In this document: positions 38,961-49,183 of the stretch, piece after piece
Position numbering within the stretch: the first letter of the stretch is position 1
Layout: the number at the start of each line of letters is the position of its first letter
Assembly: GCA_964429275.1 (NCBI GenBank)
Contig: CAYSBJ010000003.1
Location: 1-64,000 of the forward strand
Source of the DNA: an uncultured Pseudomonadota bacterium
GTDB lineage: Bacteria > Babelota > Babeliae > Babelales > JAUPTZ01
Length of the DNA: 64,000 nucleotides
Direction of reading: 5' to 3'
Program-made: the position numbers and the translations under genes
The notes under the pieces: model-generated
Told to the model about the DNA's origin: nothing
The model's database searches: none
Seen by the model: the letters and a program-made list of their open reading frames with translations, nothing else

Positions 38961-41732
38961 ATGAAAATTCGTAGTTTGCTGTGCCTACTTGTTTCCACGT
39001 GGTCGCTATCGTTGGCTGGTTCTACATCAGCAAATATGGCTGGCGTTACATTTGACCGAACAGCAGCCGCCGAGGATGGAGAGCTCTTTGTTGCACAATC
39101 GACTATTGTTGGTAACCCTGCATACGCACTCACCCGTTTGTCCGTGGCGCGTCAGCAAGACGGCTCTTATCTTTCAAGCTTAGTTGGTTTAAGCCCTTCG
39201 CAGGTGTGTATTAATAACGCGACAACTATTAACAAAAACAACCCAATGGCACGTTTGATTGCCATCTCTGATAGCCCTCTCTACGAGCAATACATTGGAC
39301 TATTGAGTACTTACAAAAACTATCCACTCGTTGCCTTTGGGCCTGATGATAGTTCTCCTCTTCACTCGGTTGCTATGGTGACTGACCTTGATGCAGGCAG
39401 TAGCATGCTGACAAACAAGCTTCCGTTTGGTGATGCCTTGGGCGCTGTAGCGCGAAATATTGTTGCTCTGACTGGCGGTGTTTATACGCGTCAAAGCACA
39501 AATCCTACTATTACACCGGTTACTTTTGGCCTTATTTTTGCAGCAGTAACGCCGAGTGATGCAAGCACTTTTGCTGGGCAAGCAGCGGCTGGTATTGCTA
39601 TCGCGCAGTTGGTGAACGATGGTATTGAGCCGGTTGATGCACTTGGTCGTAATAGGGGTCCTCAAGCGGTACCACTGACAAATGCGTTGATGCAAATTGG
39701 AACTGATGGCGCTGGGATCTCCCGTGTAAATGCGTTGTGCTGGAATAACAAACTTAATCGATTATATGTTGGGCTTACAACAACGGATGCAAGTGTTGCG
39801 GTTGCGGTGGGGGCGATAGCGATGCCAGCTGATGCTAAAGTTACCGGCAAAGTAGTGCCAAATGTGGTGTGCTTTTTGCGACCGTGCATTGCTGATGGGG
39901 GCGGGGTAAATGCTGCTGATAACTGGAGCAACGATGACTACATAGTAGCGAGTAAGAGTGCCGGTACTGCGATTCAGGCACTCGATGTGATGAATGCATC
40001 GACTGGCGCCAATTGTTTGGTAGTCTTGCGAAATAACGTATCAGTATATGCGGTGCCGTTGACGCTGGATGGTGTGTTGGCAACCAAGGATGATTCAACT
40101 GTTTCGGCAACACAAGGGAGTACTGCGCAGTTGCATACGACTTCTGATGTAGCTGCGATAGTGGGGGCAGGTGATGCGCCCGATGCGGTCACTGCATTGC
40201 GTGTGTATGGCGACAGTGTTTTCATTTCATGTGCTGGTGGTGCTGTGGGGGCACAAGGTGTTTTTGTTTCGCAAGCTTTGTTTGACATTAAGGGAAATGT
40301 GCGTGGTTGGGCGCCATGGGCACCGGTAGCTGCTGCTAATCAGGATGTATATGCTTTTTCTCGTGATAAGTTGAGCCGTGTTAAATTTCTCTCTGGTAGC
40401 CGTGATGCGCTCTATTCACAGTTGTGGGGAATGGGCCAGGGCAATGGGTTTTGGGGTGGTGCTTCAGATAATTCTGGTGCTGGTTTAGTTTCACAAATTA
40501 ATGGGTACTTCTTGCCGGCTAACGGTGGTGTGCAGACAGTTGTTGGTGTTGCGCGTGCGACCTCTTCCAATTGGTATAATGCTTCGGCTCGCCTGGCTTC
40601 CGGTGTGTCGCTGTTTTCGTTTACTGGCCGTGATCGGTATGCACTTGCGTTAACTAGTTCTGGCAGTGGACTTACAACAGGCACCTCCTTTGGTTCAACG
40701 AGTGGTTTGTGGACGTATGATTTTGGGGCTGCTTCTCTCCCGATGGGTATGATTACAACTGCGGCTGTATCTGCCTCAAGTACTTCCGGTAAGGGATGGG
40801 TATTTGTTGGCGGCAGCAATGGTGTGGCAGTTTTGTGTAAAAGCGACGGTACCGGTTGGTCATCGCTCAGTTCGCTTTCAACGCTGACGAGTGGGTATTC
40901 TTTTGTCAAACTCAAAAAGGCTGATGGTTCTGATTTTGCACAAGTGACTCAGATTTTGACCGATACGAATGGTTTCTACATTATTTGTGCCGATGGCATG
41001 TATCGTTGTCCGTATACTGCCTCTAATTTTGAAGCGGGGCTTGCAGGTGAAGTGTTGATTGCATCGCCTACCGTGCTCCTGGGCGCTTCGTATGAAACTA
41101 TTTTATCTGCGACTATTGTCGGCAGTTATGCATTTTTGGCTACAACTCAAGGCTTGTGGGTAAACGATGGCGCTTTGTCTGTGGTGACAAATACAACAGG
41201 CGCTCATGGGTGGAATGAGATTGCCATGGTGCCCAATACGACTGAAAAATTTGGTGTCTGTTCGCAACTGCTTTTTGTGCCAGGACCGACGGTAGATGAC
41301 GGTGGCATGCTATATGTACTCACGGCTGATGTGGCATTGAATGTGGCGAGTGTCTATCGTGTGAATGTGCCGAGTGGCTCATCGCTTGATAGCGATGCAC
41401 GCGCAGCAATGGGTGCAACGGTTCATACGTCTGCAAACACGACTCGTTTATATATGACGTTGCTTGGTCAATTTCGTGAATATTTTTATACCGATGGCGG
41501 TATTGCGATGGATGCAAGTTCTCGACATCATGCCTTTACGGTAGAAGGAACGGGTATGTTTCGGGTGTTGTCAGTAACGCAATCGGTTGGCAAAATTGAT
41601 GCATGGGCGCAGGCGTTGCAGCCTGTTTTTGATGCAGGAGTAGTGACTGATACATTGTCTGGTATAGTGCGTGATTTAGCGACTGGTACCGTAGTAGTGC
41701 CAGGGGTTTGGGGCATTCAGGTTCTTCAATAA
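38961..41732 (+). CDS. Large exported beta-rich (probable beta-propeller) protein
   Basis: AAGG SD; signal peptide SLA; G/S/T/A-rich with blade-like segments LYVG, VFVGGSNG, FLATTQGLW. Confidence 0.78.
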   Translation: MKIRSLLCLLVSTWSLSLAGSTSANMAGVTFDRTAAAEDGELFVAQSTIVGNPAYALTRLSVARQQDGSYLSSLVGLSPSQVCINNATTINKNNPMARLIAISDSPLYEQYIGLLSTYKNYPLVAFGPDDSSPLHSVAMVTDLDAGSSMLTNKLPFGDALGAVARNIVALTGGVYTRQSTNPTITPVTFGLIFAAVTPSDASTFAGQAAAGIAIAQLVNDGIEPVDALGRNRGPQAVPLTNALMQIGTDGAGISRVNALCWNNKLNRLYVGLTTTDASVAVAVGAIAMPADAKVTGKVVPNVVCFLRPCIADGGGVNAADNWSNDDYIVASKSAGTAIQALDVMNASTGANCLVVLRNNVSVYAVPLTLDGVLATKDDSTVSATQGSTAQLHTTSDVAAIVGAGDAPDAVTALRVYGDSVFISCAGGAVGAQGVFVSQALFDIKGNVRGWAPWAPVAAANQDVYAFSRDKLSRVKFLSGSRDALYSQLWGMGQGNGFWGGASDNSGAGLVSQINGYFLPANGGVQTVVGVARATSSNWYNASARLASGVSLFSFTGRDRYALALTSSGSGLTTGTSFGSTSGLWTYDFGAASLPMGMITTAAVSASSTSGKGWVFVGGSNGVAVLCKSDGTGWSSLSSLSTLTSGYSFVKLKKADGSDFAQVTQILTDTNGFYIICADGMYRCPYTASNFEAGLAGEVLIASPTVLLGASYETILSATIVGSYAFLATTQGLWVNDGALSVVTNTTGAHGWNEIAMVPNTTEKFGVCSQLLFVPGPTVDDGGMLYVLTADVALNVASVYRVNVPSGSSLDSDARAAMGATVHTSANTTRLYMTLLGQFREYFYTDGGIAMDASSRHHAFTVEGTGMFRVLSVTQSVGKIDAWAQALQPVFDAGVVTDTLSGIVRDLATGTVVVPGVWGIQVLQ

Positions 41733-41743
41733 AGGAGTAAGTA

Positions 41744-43036
41744 ATGAAGACTAAATATAATGTGGCGCTCTTGTCATTGCGCCTTGTGGCTTCTTTCTCT
41801 GTTGGTCTTTCTGCCTACACACCGACTAACATTCAGATGCCGTATGATAATGATTTGACGCAACGACTTTGGAAGCCGGAATCAATGGTACAGGTTGGTG
41901 TTCGTGGACTTACAATGTTGCAAACGCGAGCATATAACGGTGATGAGCATCCAGTATCCGTGACACAGGTATACGGGTTGCAGGCGAATGAGAACAAAGA
42001 ATCGAGCCTTGCGATGCTTGAAGGAAACTTGCCGGGTACCTCGCTTCATGGACTGGCTAACCGGTTGCGGGGAGCGCAAGATGGCACACGCGGCACGTTT
42101 GTTGTTAATGGTGATCTCTCTTGGAACCAGCTCTGTGTGGATTTAATGTATCGGTTGACCATGTTTAAGTTGCCGGGTCTTTTTTCAATTGGCGTTCATG
42201 TGCCGTTTATTGATGCGGCAATTCATGATGTAGTGTGGACGAGTCAAACAAAATCGCAAACGTTACAAGACGATCGTGTTCGTTCATTGCTTGTGGATGA
42301 CCAGGCAAGTTTGGTTGCGTTTGTAGCGCAAAACGGAAATTTGGATATTGGGAGCCAGCGCCGCACCGGAATGGGCGATGTTTCCTGCATGCTCTACTGG
42401 CAAGGTCATTTTACACAATATAATCAGCGCTTGAGCGATGTAATGGTGCAGTTTCGCCTCGGGGTACAATTGCCGACGGCTCATAAAGTAGATGTGGATA
42501 AAGTGTTTGATATTGATTTTGGCCATGATGGATCGGCTGCTATTCCGATGGGTGCAGGCTTGCGCCTTGATTTGGGTGGGGGCATCCGGGTTGGTGGTGA
42601 CGTGGGAAGTACGATGATTATTCGGCAGCAGAAACAGTGGCGCTTGAAGACTAGTTGGGCGCAAACCCCATGGCTGCTCCTTTCTAAAGGTTTGGCGACT
42701 CGTGAGTATGGCCCTCAGTGGCGCTTTACGGTTTATGCTCAGACAGAGTTTGCCAAAACTGGTATTTTTTGCACCGGGGCCTATCAGTTCTTTAAGCATA
42801 CCGATAGCACTTTTTACCCTCAAGATGATGTTATGAGCGCATTACTTATTAATTCCTCACCAACGGTTGATGCCGCGGAATCTCATAATTTGGTGGGGGC
42901 AATTTCCTTTGTTCCGCCTCAGGCTCGTGCCTGGAAGGTCCTGCCAGAGGCCAATTTGCAACTTACGATGCCGTTCAATGGCAAGAATGTCATGAGTGGC
43001 ATATTGCTGAGTGGTGGGTTGTCGCTAAAGTTTTAG
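41744..43036 (+). CDS. Probable outer-membrane beta-barrel protein
   Basis: AAGGAG SD; signal peptide; alternating strands; GMGD...LPT pattern; C-terminal GLSLKF beta-signal. Confidence 0.75.
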   Translation: MKTKYNVALLSLRLVASFSVGLSAYTPTNIQMPYDNDLTQRLWKPESMVQVGVRGLTMLQTRAYNGDEHPVSVTQVYGLQANENKESSLAMLEGNLPGTSLHGLANRLRGAQDGTRGTFVVNGDLSWNQLCVDLMYRLTMFKLPGLFSIGVHVPFIDAAIHDVVWTSQTKSQTLQDDRVRSLLVDDQASLVAFVAQNGNLDIGSQRRTGMGDVSCMLYWQGHFTQYNQRLSDVMVQFRLGVQLPTAHKVDVDKVFDIDFGHDGSAAIPMGAGLRLDLGGGIRVGGDVGSTMIIRQQKQWRLKTSWAQTPWLLLSKGLATREYGPQWRFTVYAQTEFAKTGIFCTGAYQFFKHTDSTFYPQDDVMSALLINSSPTVDAAESHNLVGAISFVPPQARAWKVLPEANLQLTMPFNGKNVMSGILLSGGLSLKF

Positions 43037-43154
43037 AGGGAGTGGGGTGTATTTCAAGGGGTAGGATCGGGCTTTACATTCCTTTTTTACTTAACTACAA
43101 TGAACCGCAATAGGACTATTAGTCTTGTTATTAATCGGACACAGGAGATTGATT

Positions 43155-45098
43155 ATGAAAAAGTCTACACAAGGACGCATATTACTACTACTAGCGGTTG
43201 CTGGTATGAATTTAGGTACCGCTAGCGTATATGCTAAGGCGCCGGATCGAAAAGCCGTTGAGTATATAGTCCCCGGTGTTGCAGCAACTGGTTTGCTCGC
43301 AAACACTATCGAGATGTTCTCTTCAAAGGCAAAATCTCAAAAAACTGCCCAAATCTTGTTTGGTAGATACAAAAATAAAAGCTTCTTTCGACGACTATTC
43401 ACTGACGGCGAAACTGCTCTTACCGCGGCTCGCTTCTATCTCATAAACCTTGGCTGTCTCGGCGTCCTTGTTTGGGATATCGTTCGCGATCGCGGCGTTG
43501 TGGTTCCAGAAGGTGCAAAACTCACCGATGCCAATGGCAATCAAATTGTAATGCCAACCGTTGATGAGAATGGAAAACCTCTTCCGGTAGTATCCGTCGA
43601 AGAAGTGCGTGGCCTTGTGTCGGCGGCTGAAGCTCCAGTTGTCGAGGCAGTACCTGCAGCGGTTCCTGTCGACAGCGCGGCTCCAGTTGTCGAGCCAAAT
43701 CCTATAAATGTTTCTGTCGACAATACAGTTCAACCGGTTCAAAAACCGCAACGTCAAATACCAACGCCACCAGCAGTCGACGCAGCGTCGACTTTGCCTT
43801 CAACAGCAGCGCCAGAACGTGCACCGGCTGATGCACCTGTCGTTGATTCTCCGGCTCAAGCGGGCGAATCTTCGCCAATTGCAGTTGAAGTAAACAGTGA
43901 TGCTTCTGTGAAGACTGCAACTCCTGTGTCGACGGATGAAGCTCCAGTTGTTGCGCCGATACCTGCACCAAGTCAGTCTGATGCCTTGGATTCTGGTCAG
44001 GGTCTATTACTAGAACCTGCCGTTGCTTCGGTCGAAGTTCAAAAAACTGAAGAAGGACGTGAAGCAGCAGGTTCTGAACAAAAGAGTGAGGCTGCTACTG
44101 AGGAAGATGCAAGTGTATCTCTCTCAGGCGTAATTGCCGGAGAAGTAGTTCCAACTAAACCAGTGGATCAGTTAGTGTCAACTTTGCCTTCAACAGCAGT
44201 TTCGGTGTCTGAAGCTGATGAACATGATAAAAACGCTGTTGCAAAAAAAGTTATAGCAGATATGCAAAGTGATGACTTTAATAACAAGTCGGGCATGATG
44301 TCAGATAAACAAGAACGTTTCGAAACTCACGGACAAGTAGTTTCAACTACAACACCGAATGATGCTTCGCTAGCCTCTGGTAGCAAATCAAGTTTTGGTT
44401 TTGAGAACATTTTAGAGGTGCGGTCAAATGTGGTTGGAGAAGTGCATCCTGAAACTCATCCTGAAGCACAAGCTACTGAAGAAGAAGCACTGCCTGTAGA
44501 AGAAGCCGGAAATAACGATAGAAGTTCGGGTGGCTATAGCGATTCATTATTAAAGTTTGTTGCTTCAACTTCAGAAGAGAAAGAAGTTGATGTATCAAGT
44601 GCCAGTTCGGTTGAACCTGTAAAAACGCCAATACTACCAATGTCAGGTCTTGCGAAGCACGATGCCGAAAAACCAGCGGAAATGCAGAAATTGAGAGAAA
44701 GACGCAATAGTCAAGCATCAACTTCTTCGCAGCCACGTGCTCAATCACCAGCGCCGGTTGAAGTAGCGGCGAAACCAGCAATCGCTAACGAAGCGGCTAT
44801 TGCCGATTCAGATGCATCGTCAACAGCAGTTCTTGGATTTGTGCTCAAGTCTGCCGAAGATGCGCCTCAAAACACAGTGTTGTCGTCGCCTCCTGTAGTT
44901 GCGGAAGCTCCTGTACCATCAGTTGCGAATCAATCACCAAGCTCGCCAGTATCGATGCCAAATGATGCGTCTTCGGTTAAAGAATCGGATGCTATCAAAT
45001 CAAGTGCTGATGCTCTTACGCCGCCAACTTCTGTCCCCTCTGTTAAAGCTAAAGGAAAGCGATCACGGTCAAGTGCTGTTCGCAGGGACGAACATTAA
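43155..45098 (+). CDS. Hypothetical exported protein: hydrophobic hairpin plus long low-complexity (A/P/S/V/E) tail
   Basis: AGGAG SD; VYA cleavage site; two hydrophobic helices; repeated [EDA]APVV and STLPSTA. Confidence 0.82.
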   Translation: MKKSTQGRILLLLAVAGMNLGTASVYAKAPDRKAVEYIVPGVAATGLLANTIEMFSSKAKSQKTAQILFGRYKNKSFFRRLFTDGETALTAARFYLINLGCLGVLVWDIVRDRGVVVPEGAKLTDANGNQIVMPTVDENGKPLPVVSVEEVRGLVSAAEAPVVEAVPAAVPVDSAAPVVEPNPINVSVDNTVQPVQKPQRQIPTPPAVDAASTLPSTAAPERAPADAPVVDSPAQAGESSPIAVEVNSDASVKTATPVSTDEAPVVAPIPAPSQSDALDSGQGLLLEPAVASVEVQKTEEGREAAGSEQKSEAATEEDASVSLSGVIAGEVVPTKPVDQLVSTLPSTAVSVSEADEHDKNAVAKKVIADMQSDDFNNKSGMMSDKQERFETHGQVVSTTTPNDASLASGSKSSFGFENILEVRSNVVGEVHPETHPEAQATEEEALPVEEAGNNDRSSGGYSDSLLKFVASTSEEKEVDVSSASSVEPVKTPILPMSGLAKHDAEKPAEMQKLRERRNSQASTSSQPRAQSPAPVEVAAKPAIANEAAIADSDASSTAVLGFVLKSAEDAPQNTVLSSPPVVAEAPVPSVANQSPSSPVSMPNDASSVKESDAIKSSADALTPPTSVPSVKAKGKRSRSSAVRRDEH

Positions 45099-45117
45099 AA
45101 ACAAATAACCTCTAAAC

Positions 45118-45149
45118 AAAAAGGGCTCGCAGAAATGCGAGCCCTTTTT
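45118..45149. terminator. Bidirectional intrinsic terminator
   Basis: AAAAAGGGCTCGCA-GAAA-TGCGAGCCCTTTTT between convergent genes. Confidence 0.88.
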
Positions 45150-45178
45150 CCATAAGCGCTACGAACGAAGGCAACATC

Positions 45179-46255
45179 TTACTCTATTAACAAACCATGC
45201 GTCTGTTGTGCAATCGCGCACGTCTTGCCGTGAACCAGTGCGTTCAATAGCAATTGTTTCTTCGAACTAATGCCATCATCAAGTTCCGGTGATTCAAGGA
45301 ATGGCACGAGGCCGTTATTTAAATCGCTTTCAATATTCTCATACCACGACACCGGCAGTTGGTGTCCTGATTGTTCTATAAAGAACACAAAACGGGTGAC
45401 GAGTGTGCGGTAGGCTTCATCAGCATCATCCAGATGCGCAATGATGCGGTTGCTGCACAGTTGTGAAATGTTGTGTGCGGCTTTCAGCACAGAAGGCCAA
45501 ATGCTGTGTGGATGCTGAGCGTACCAAATAGTTTTGCTTAGAAGCAGCTCCACAATCTTGAGTATGAGGCTTCGCAGGCGTTCATTCATCGCTGCTTCAT
45601 CATTGACCCCAATATCCTTTACCGATTGTGCAATCGTGTGGGAAAGACCGGTGAAGAAGTTCTCGGTTGAAGTCTTTGGCGCTTCCAGATGTGTGGTGAG
45701 TCCAGAGAGCATGATATTTTCAATCATTTTTGCGGGTGACTTTATTTTGGCGCTGTTGAGCGGGTTGAGTGGGAAATGGCGTTCGAGTTCAACCGGCAGC
45801 ACTGCCAAAATGTGGTCGACAACGGTGTCGTCGATGAGCGATGCTTCTTTTAATTTATTATGAAAGAGGCGGAGGCCAGTGTACGTTTGCTCGGCAGTGA
45901 AGTTATATTCGCCGGAGAGTACTAAGAACTCAGTGATGTGTCGTGCATCGCGAGAGAGGAGGTCGGCATAGCCAACGGCGTTATATTGTTCTTGAATGAA
46001 TGGTGAAAAAGCGTGGGAGAAAAAGCTTTCTTCATGCGGAGCTGCCTTTTCTTTTGCTGCATCAAAGTAGGAACGCAACGAAATAGTAGCAACGGGGCTT
46101 GATATCGGCGATGGTGTGTTAAAGTAGTCGCGCGTGGCATCTGGGTTGCACACCATGCCGCTGTTTTCATGAATGATAAGCCCATGCGTTGACGTTATAT
46201 AGAAAACGCCGCTTAAAAACAGTACAATTGGGGTGACAGAACGATTTGTTTTCAT
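45179..46255 (-). CDS. Hypothetical exported alpha-helical protein
   Basis: GAGG SD before MKTNRS; signal-like N-terminus. Confidence 0.75.
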   Translation of the reverse strand: MKTNRSVTPIVLFLSGVFYITSTHGLIIHENSGMVCNPDATRDYFNTPSPISSPVATISLRSYFDAAKEKAAPHEESFFSHAFSPFIQEQYNAVGYADLLSRDARHITEFLVLSGEYNFTAEQTYTGLRLFHNKLKEASLIDDTVVDHILAVLPVELERHFPLNPLNSAKIKSPAKMIENIMLSGLTTHLEAPKTSTENFFTGLSHTIAQSVKDIGVNDEAAMNERLRSLILKIVELLLSKTIWYAQHPHSIWPSVLKAAHNISQLCSNRIIAHLDDADEAYRTLVTRFVFFIEQSGHQLPVSWYENIESDLNNGLVPFLESPELDDGISSKKQLLLNALVHGKTCAIAQQTHGLLIE

Positions 46256-46365
46256 ACTAATCCTCTTTTTGCTATAGTGCGATCTGCTGATTGAAGTATG
46301 TATCAGTAAATACAATACAATTACGGGTAAGCCTGTTTCAAGTAATCAAAAAACGGGAATAAATA

Positions 46366-47577
46366 ATGCCGCTATATAAATACAAATCATTCACGCGATC
46401 TGGTAAGCAGGTCACGGGCACTATTGACGCTCCGTCGCCGCAGGGTGCCAAAGATATGTTGCAAGGTCAAGGCCTAATGCCGGTTGAGGTGCAGCTTGCT
46501 TCCTCTGCGGGTGGTTCGTTTTTGTCTCGTCTTTTTGCTCCCAAAGTAGAAGAAAAAACAGTTTTTGCGTTTACCAAACAAATGAGCGTTTTGTTGCGTT
46601 CTGGTGTGCCGCTCGTTGACTCGCTTGAAATGTTGACCGAGCAATTTGATCAGCCGTTTCAGGGTATTTTGATGTCGGTGACAGAAGGGGTTAAGTCTGG
46701 TGAACCATTGGCTTCACAGCTCGCCGCTCATCCTACGGCTTTCTCAAATATTTACATTCAGCTGGTAAAAGCCGGTGAAGCAAGTGGTAAACTCGATGTA
46801 ATTTTGATGCGCCTCTTAGAATACATGCAACGCTCAAGTGAAACGCAGAAGAAAGTAAAGAAGGCTGTATCAAAGCCAATTATGATGCTTGGTGTGGTGG
46901 GCGCTGTCGTTGGGTTGATGCTCGGGTTTGTGGTGCCACGTATGAGTGCCATGTTTGCAAAGACAGGGAAAGAATTGCCTGGGCCAACGCAGCTTCTTAT
47001 GACGCTTTCAGGTTTTTTGACTAATCATTACATGCTTTTACTTGGTGGCGGTATTGGATTTTTCTTTCTTTTTTCGCATTGGAAATCTACTCCGTCTGGT
47101 ATTCGCACGCTTGATGAGTTAGTGCTTAAAGTTCCGCTGTTTTCTTACTTTGCAAAAACTAAGGCCGTGGTACAATTTAGCCAGACGCTAGGAATGCTTA
47201 TGGAAAGTGGTGTAAATCTTTCAGAAGCGCTCGATATTGTGTGTAACATTGTTGAAAACAAAGTTCTCACCCAAAAATTGCAAGAAGCCCGTGATAATAT
47301 CATTAAAGAAGGTAAGATTGCGCGGTATCTTGCTGCAACGGGATTATTCCCTAAGATGGCGAGTTACATGATCTCTACCGGTGAAGAGTCTGGCAAATTA
47401 GCCGAAATGCTTTTGACCGTGGGTAAAGATTATGATGCAGAGCTAGGTGAAATTACTGATTCGTTAACGGCAAAAATCGATCCGATAATGACGGTAGTTA
47501 TGGGTTTAATCGTGTTGTTTATTGTGGCGGCTATCTTTCTGCCGATGATGCAGATGGGTGACATTTCAGGAGTTTAG
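46366..47577 (+). CDS. gspF: Type II secretion/type IV pilus inner-membrane platform protein
   Basis: MPLYKY, FTKQMSVLLRSGVPL, AGEASGKL, TGEESGKL, AIFLPM. Confidence 0.95.
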   Translation: MPLYKYKSFTRSGKQVTGTIDAPSPQGAKDMLQGQGLMPVEVQLASSAGGSFLSRLFAPKVEEKTVFAFTKQMSVLLRSGVPLVDSLEMLTEQFDQPFQGILMSVTEGVKSGEPLASQLAAHPTAFSNIYIQLVKAGEASGKLDVILMRLLEYMQRSSETQKKVKKAVSKPIMMLGVVGAVVGLMLGFVVPRMSAMFAKTGKELPGPTQLLMTLSGFLTNHYMLLLGGGIGFFFLFSHWKSTPSGIRTLDELVLKVPLFSYFAKTKAVVQFSQTLGMLMESGVNLSEALDIVCNIVENKVLTQKLQEARDNIIKEGKIARYLAATGLFPKMASYMISTGEESGKLAEMLLTVGKDYDAELGEITDSLTAKIDPIMTVVMGLIVLFIVAAIFLPMMQMGDISGV

Positions 47578-47626
47578 AATCAGGGGATGCAGGAATAATA
47601 AAAGGTAAATTTGAGTTGGCCCGTAA

Positions 47627-47724
47627 CGTCATTGCGAGGAGCAAGGCGACGAAGCAATCCAGGTATGAATAGTAAGAAAGATTAGAATGGATTGCTTCGT
47701 CATCTATGATTCCTCGCAATGACG
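47627..47724. repeat. RPE-like palindromic repeat element (most intact copy)
   Basis: Outer 14-bp IR CGTCATTGCGAGGA/TCCTCGCAATGACG and inner 14-bp IR GACGAAGCAATCCA/TGGATTGCTTCGTC. Confidence 0.93.
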
Positions 47725-47794
47725 GCTAAAGCCGGTCTTGGACAGCCAGTTGGTCATACTGGTTTGATTATGTAGTGAGTAAATAGGAGATCTT

Positions 47795-48238
47795 ATGATA
47801 TTTGGTAAAAACCGGGCAGCGGCTTTCTCGCTGATCGAAATTCTGATTGCTATGGCGATCATTGGTACTATGTTTGCTCTCATGGCGCCAAACGCAATGA
47901 AGTATTTCGGGCGTGCTAAAAAGACAGCGACAATAAGCAACCTGCAAGCATTAAAGCAGGCGCTGCAAGAGTACTACAACGAAATTGGTCACTTTCCAAA
48001 CAAGGCTGAAGGTAACTTGAATGCATTGGTAAAGATGCCAAAGGGTGATAAGTTTAAAACCCGTTGGACAGGCCCGTACATTGATGGAGACGAGTTGCCA
48101 GAAGATGGTTGGAAGCAACCGTTTGTGTATAATGCGCCACCAGTTAAATATAAAAAATACAAGTTCTATGAGCTGTATTCGATCGGGGAAACAGGAGATG
48201 AAGACGCCAAGAATGAAGATCTTGCCGTCGGTCAGTAA
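47795..48238 (+). CDS. gspG: Major pseudopilin
   Basis: A|FSLIE N-methylation motif; ALQEYY..GHFP; WTGPY; DGWKQPFVY; LYSIG. Confidence 0.92.
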   Translation: MIFGKNRAAAFSLIEILIAMAIIGTMFALMAPNAMKYFGRAKKTATISNLQALKQALQEYYNEIGHFPNKAEGNLNALVKMPKGDKFKTRWTGPYIDGDELPEDGWKQPFVYNAPPVKYKKYKFYELYSIGETGDEDAKNEDLAVGQ

Positions 48239-48779
48239 GGTGCGCCAATCTTTGCCAGCATTTAGCTTGATTGAAATTTTGATTGGGCTTTTTATTATTG
48301 GGGTCGGGGCATCAGTATTGTTGCCCCGACTTACTCGTCGTTCGCCAAATCTTGAATGGCCGGCATTGCAGCAAGAGCTGAATAATGTGCTTTATTTTGC
48401 CCGACAAGAAGCGATTACAACGCAAAAGGTCCATCGGCTTACGTTTAATAAAAAGAAGCGCACGGTTACTGTTGAGGCGCGTGATGGCGATGTAGAAAAT
48501 AAGCCCGGAGTACCGCATTATGGACCGGTGGCATCTACCTACTTTACCACTGAGTACGAGTGGCCAGAGCAGATTACTTGTGAGTGGGTAAAGCTGAACA
48601 AAAAAGATTTATTTGATGAGAATAAAGGGATGGCTTGGTGCTACGTGGTGCCAAATGGTCTGGTTCAAGACGTGTCGGTTAAGCTGGTGCGTAATGAGCA
48701 TGGCGTGACAACCCACATGGTCTTTACTGCTGCGCCATTCCTGGGTGCTTTCTTTGAGGAAGAGGAAGTAAAAAAATGA
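48213..48779 (+). CDS. Minor pseudopilin, GspH-like (start uncertain)
   Basis: A|FSLIEILIGL; YFARQEAI; PNG near the C-terminus. Confidence 0.8.
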   Translation: MKILPSVSKVRQSLPAFSLIEILIGLFIIGVGASVLLPRLTRRSPNLEWPALQQELNNVLYFARQEAITTQKVHRLTFNKKKRTVTVEARDGDVENKPGVPHYGPVASTYFTTEYEWPEQITCEWVKLNKKDLFDENKGMAWCYVVPNGLVQDVSVKLVRNEHGVTTHMVFTAAPFLGAFFEEEEVKK

Positions 48780-49183
48780 AAATCATCGCTCGCGGTTTTA
48801 CGATCATCGAAGTGATGATTTCTCTTTTTATTCTTTCTACTACCATGTTTGTGCTTTCAGAGCTTCAAATTCGTTCAATGCTGCGTGTGTGGCAAAGTCG
48901 GGAAGATATTGATCGGGTTTATATCATTAAAAAATTCTTGTATCGCATGTATCAAAGTCCCGCTGATGCCCGTAAAACTTCACAAAAATTTGATGAGCCG
49001 GAAATGCATATGATTATTGAGCCGGTAGAAATTAATAAGAAGTCTGCTTTGGCTCCGTATGCAAAGCAATTGCAGTATTTGCGCGCTACCGCTAAATGGT
49101 CGCGAGGGACGACACAGCGAACGCTGAATTTGTTTGCGCTCGCGCCGCGGGCTCTGTCTCCTGGGAAAGGAGATGGGGCATGA
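48776..49183 (+). CDS. Minor pseudopilin, GspI-like
   Basis: RG|FTIIEVMISL; ATGA coupling on both sides. Confidence 0.82.
   Translation: MKIIARGFTIIEVMISLFILSTTMFVLSELQIRSMLRVWQSREDIDRVYIIKKFLYRMYQSPADARKTSQKFDEPEMHMIIEPVEINKKSALAPYAKQLQYLRATAKWSRGTTQRTLNLFALAPRALSPGKGDGA

Noticed and set aside
43620..44200. Short DNA repeats (GCTCCAGTTG, ACTTTGCCTTCAACAGCAG) in the low-complexity protein
   Set aside because: Explained by peptide repeats APVV and STLPSTA within a disordered tail
49096..49179. Upstream extension of the GspJ-like ORF (likewise 48045-48212 for GspH-like and 36658-36693 for paralog A)
   Set aside because: These overlap the upstream genes; coupled or paralog-matched internal starts are more plausible
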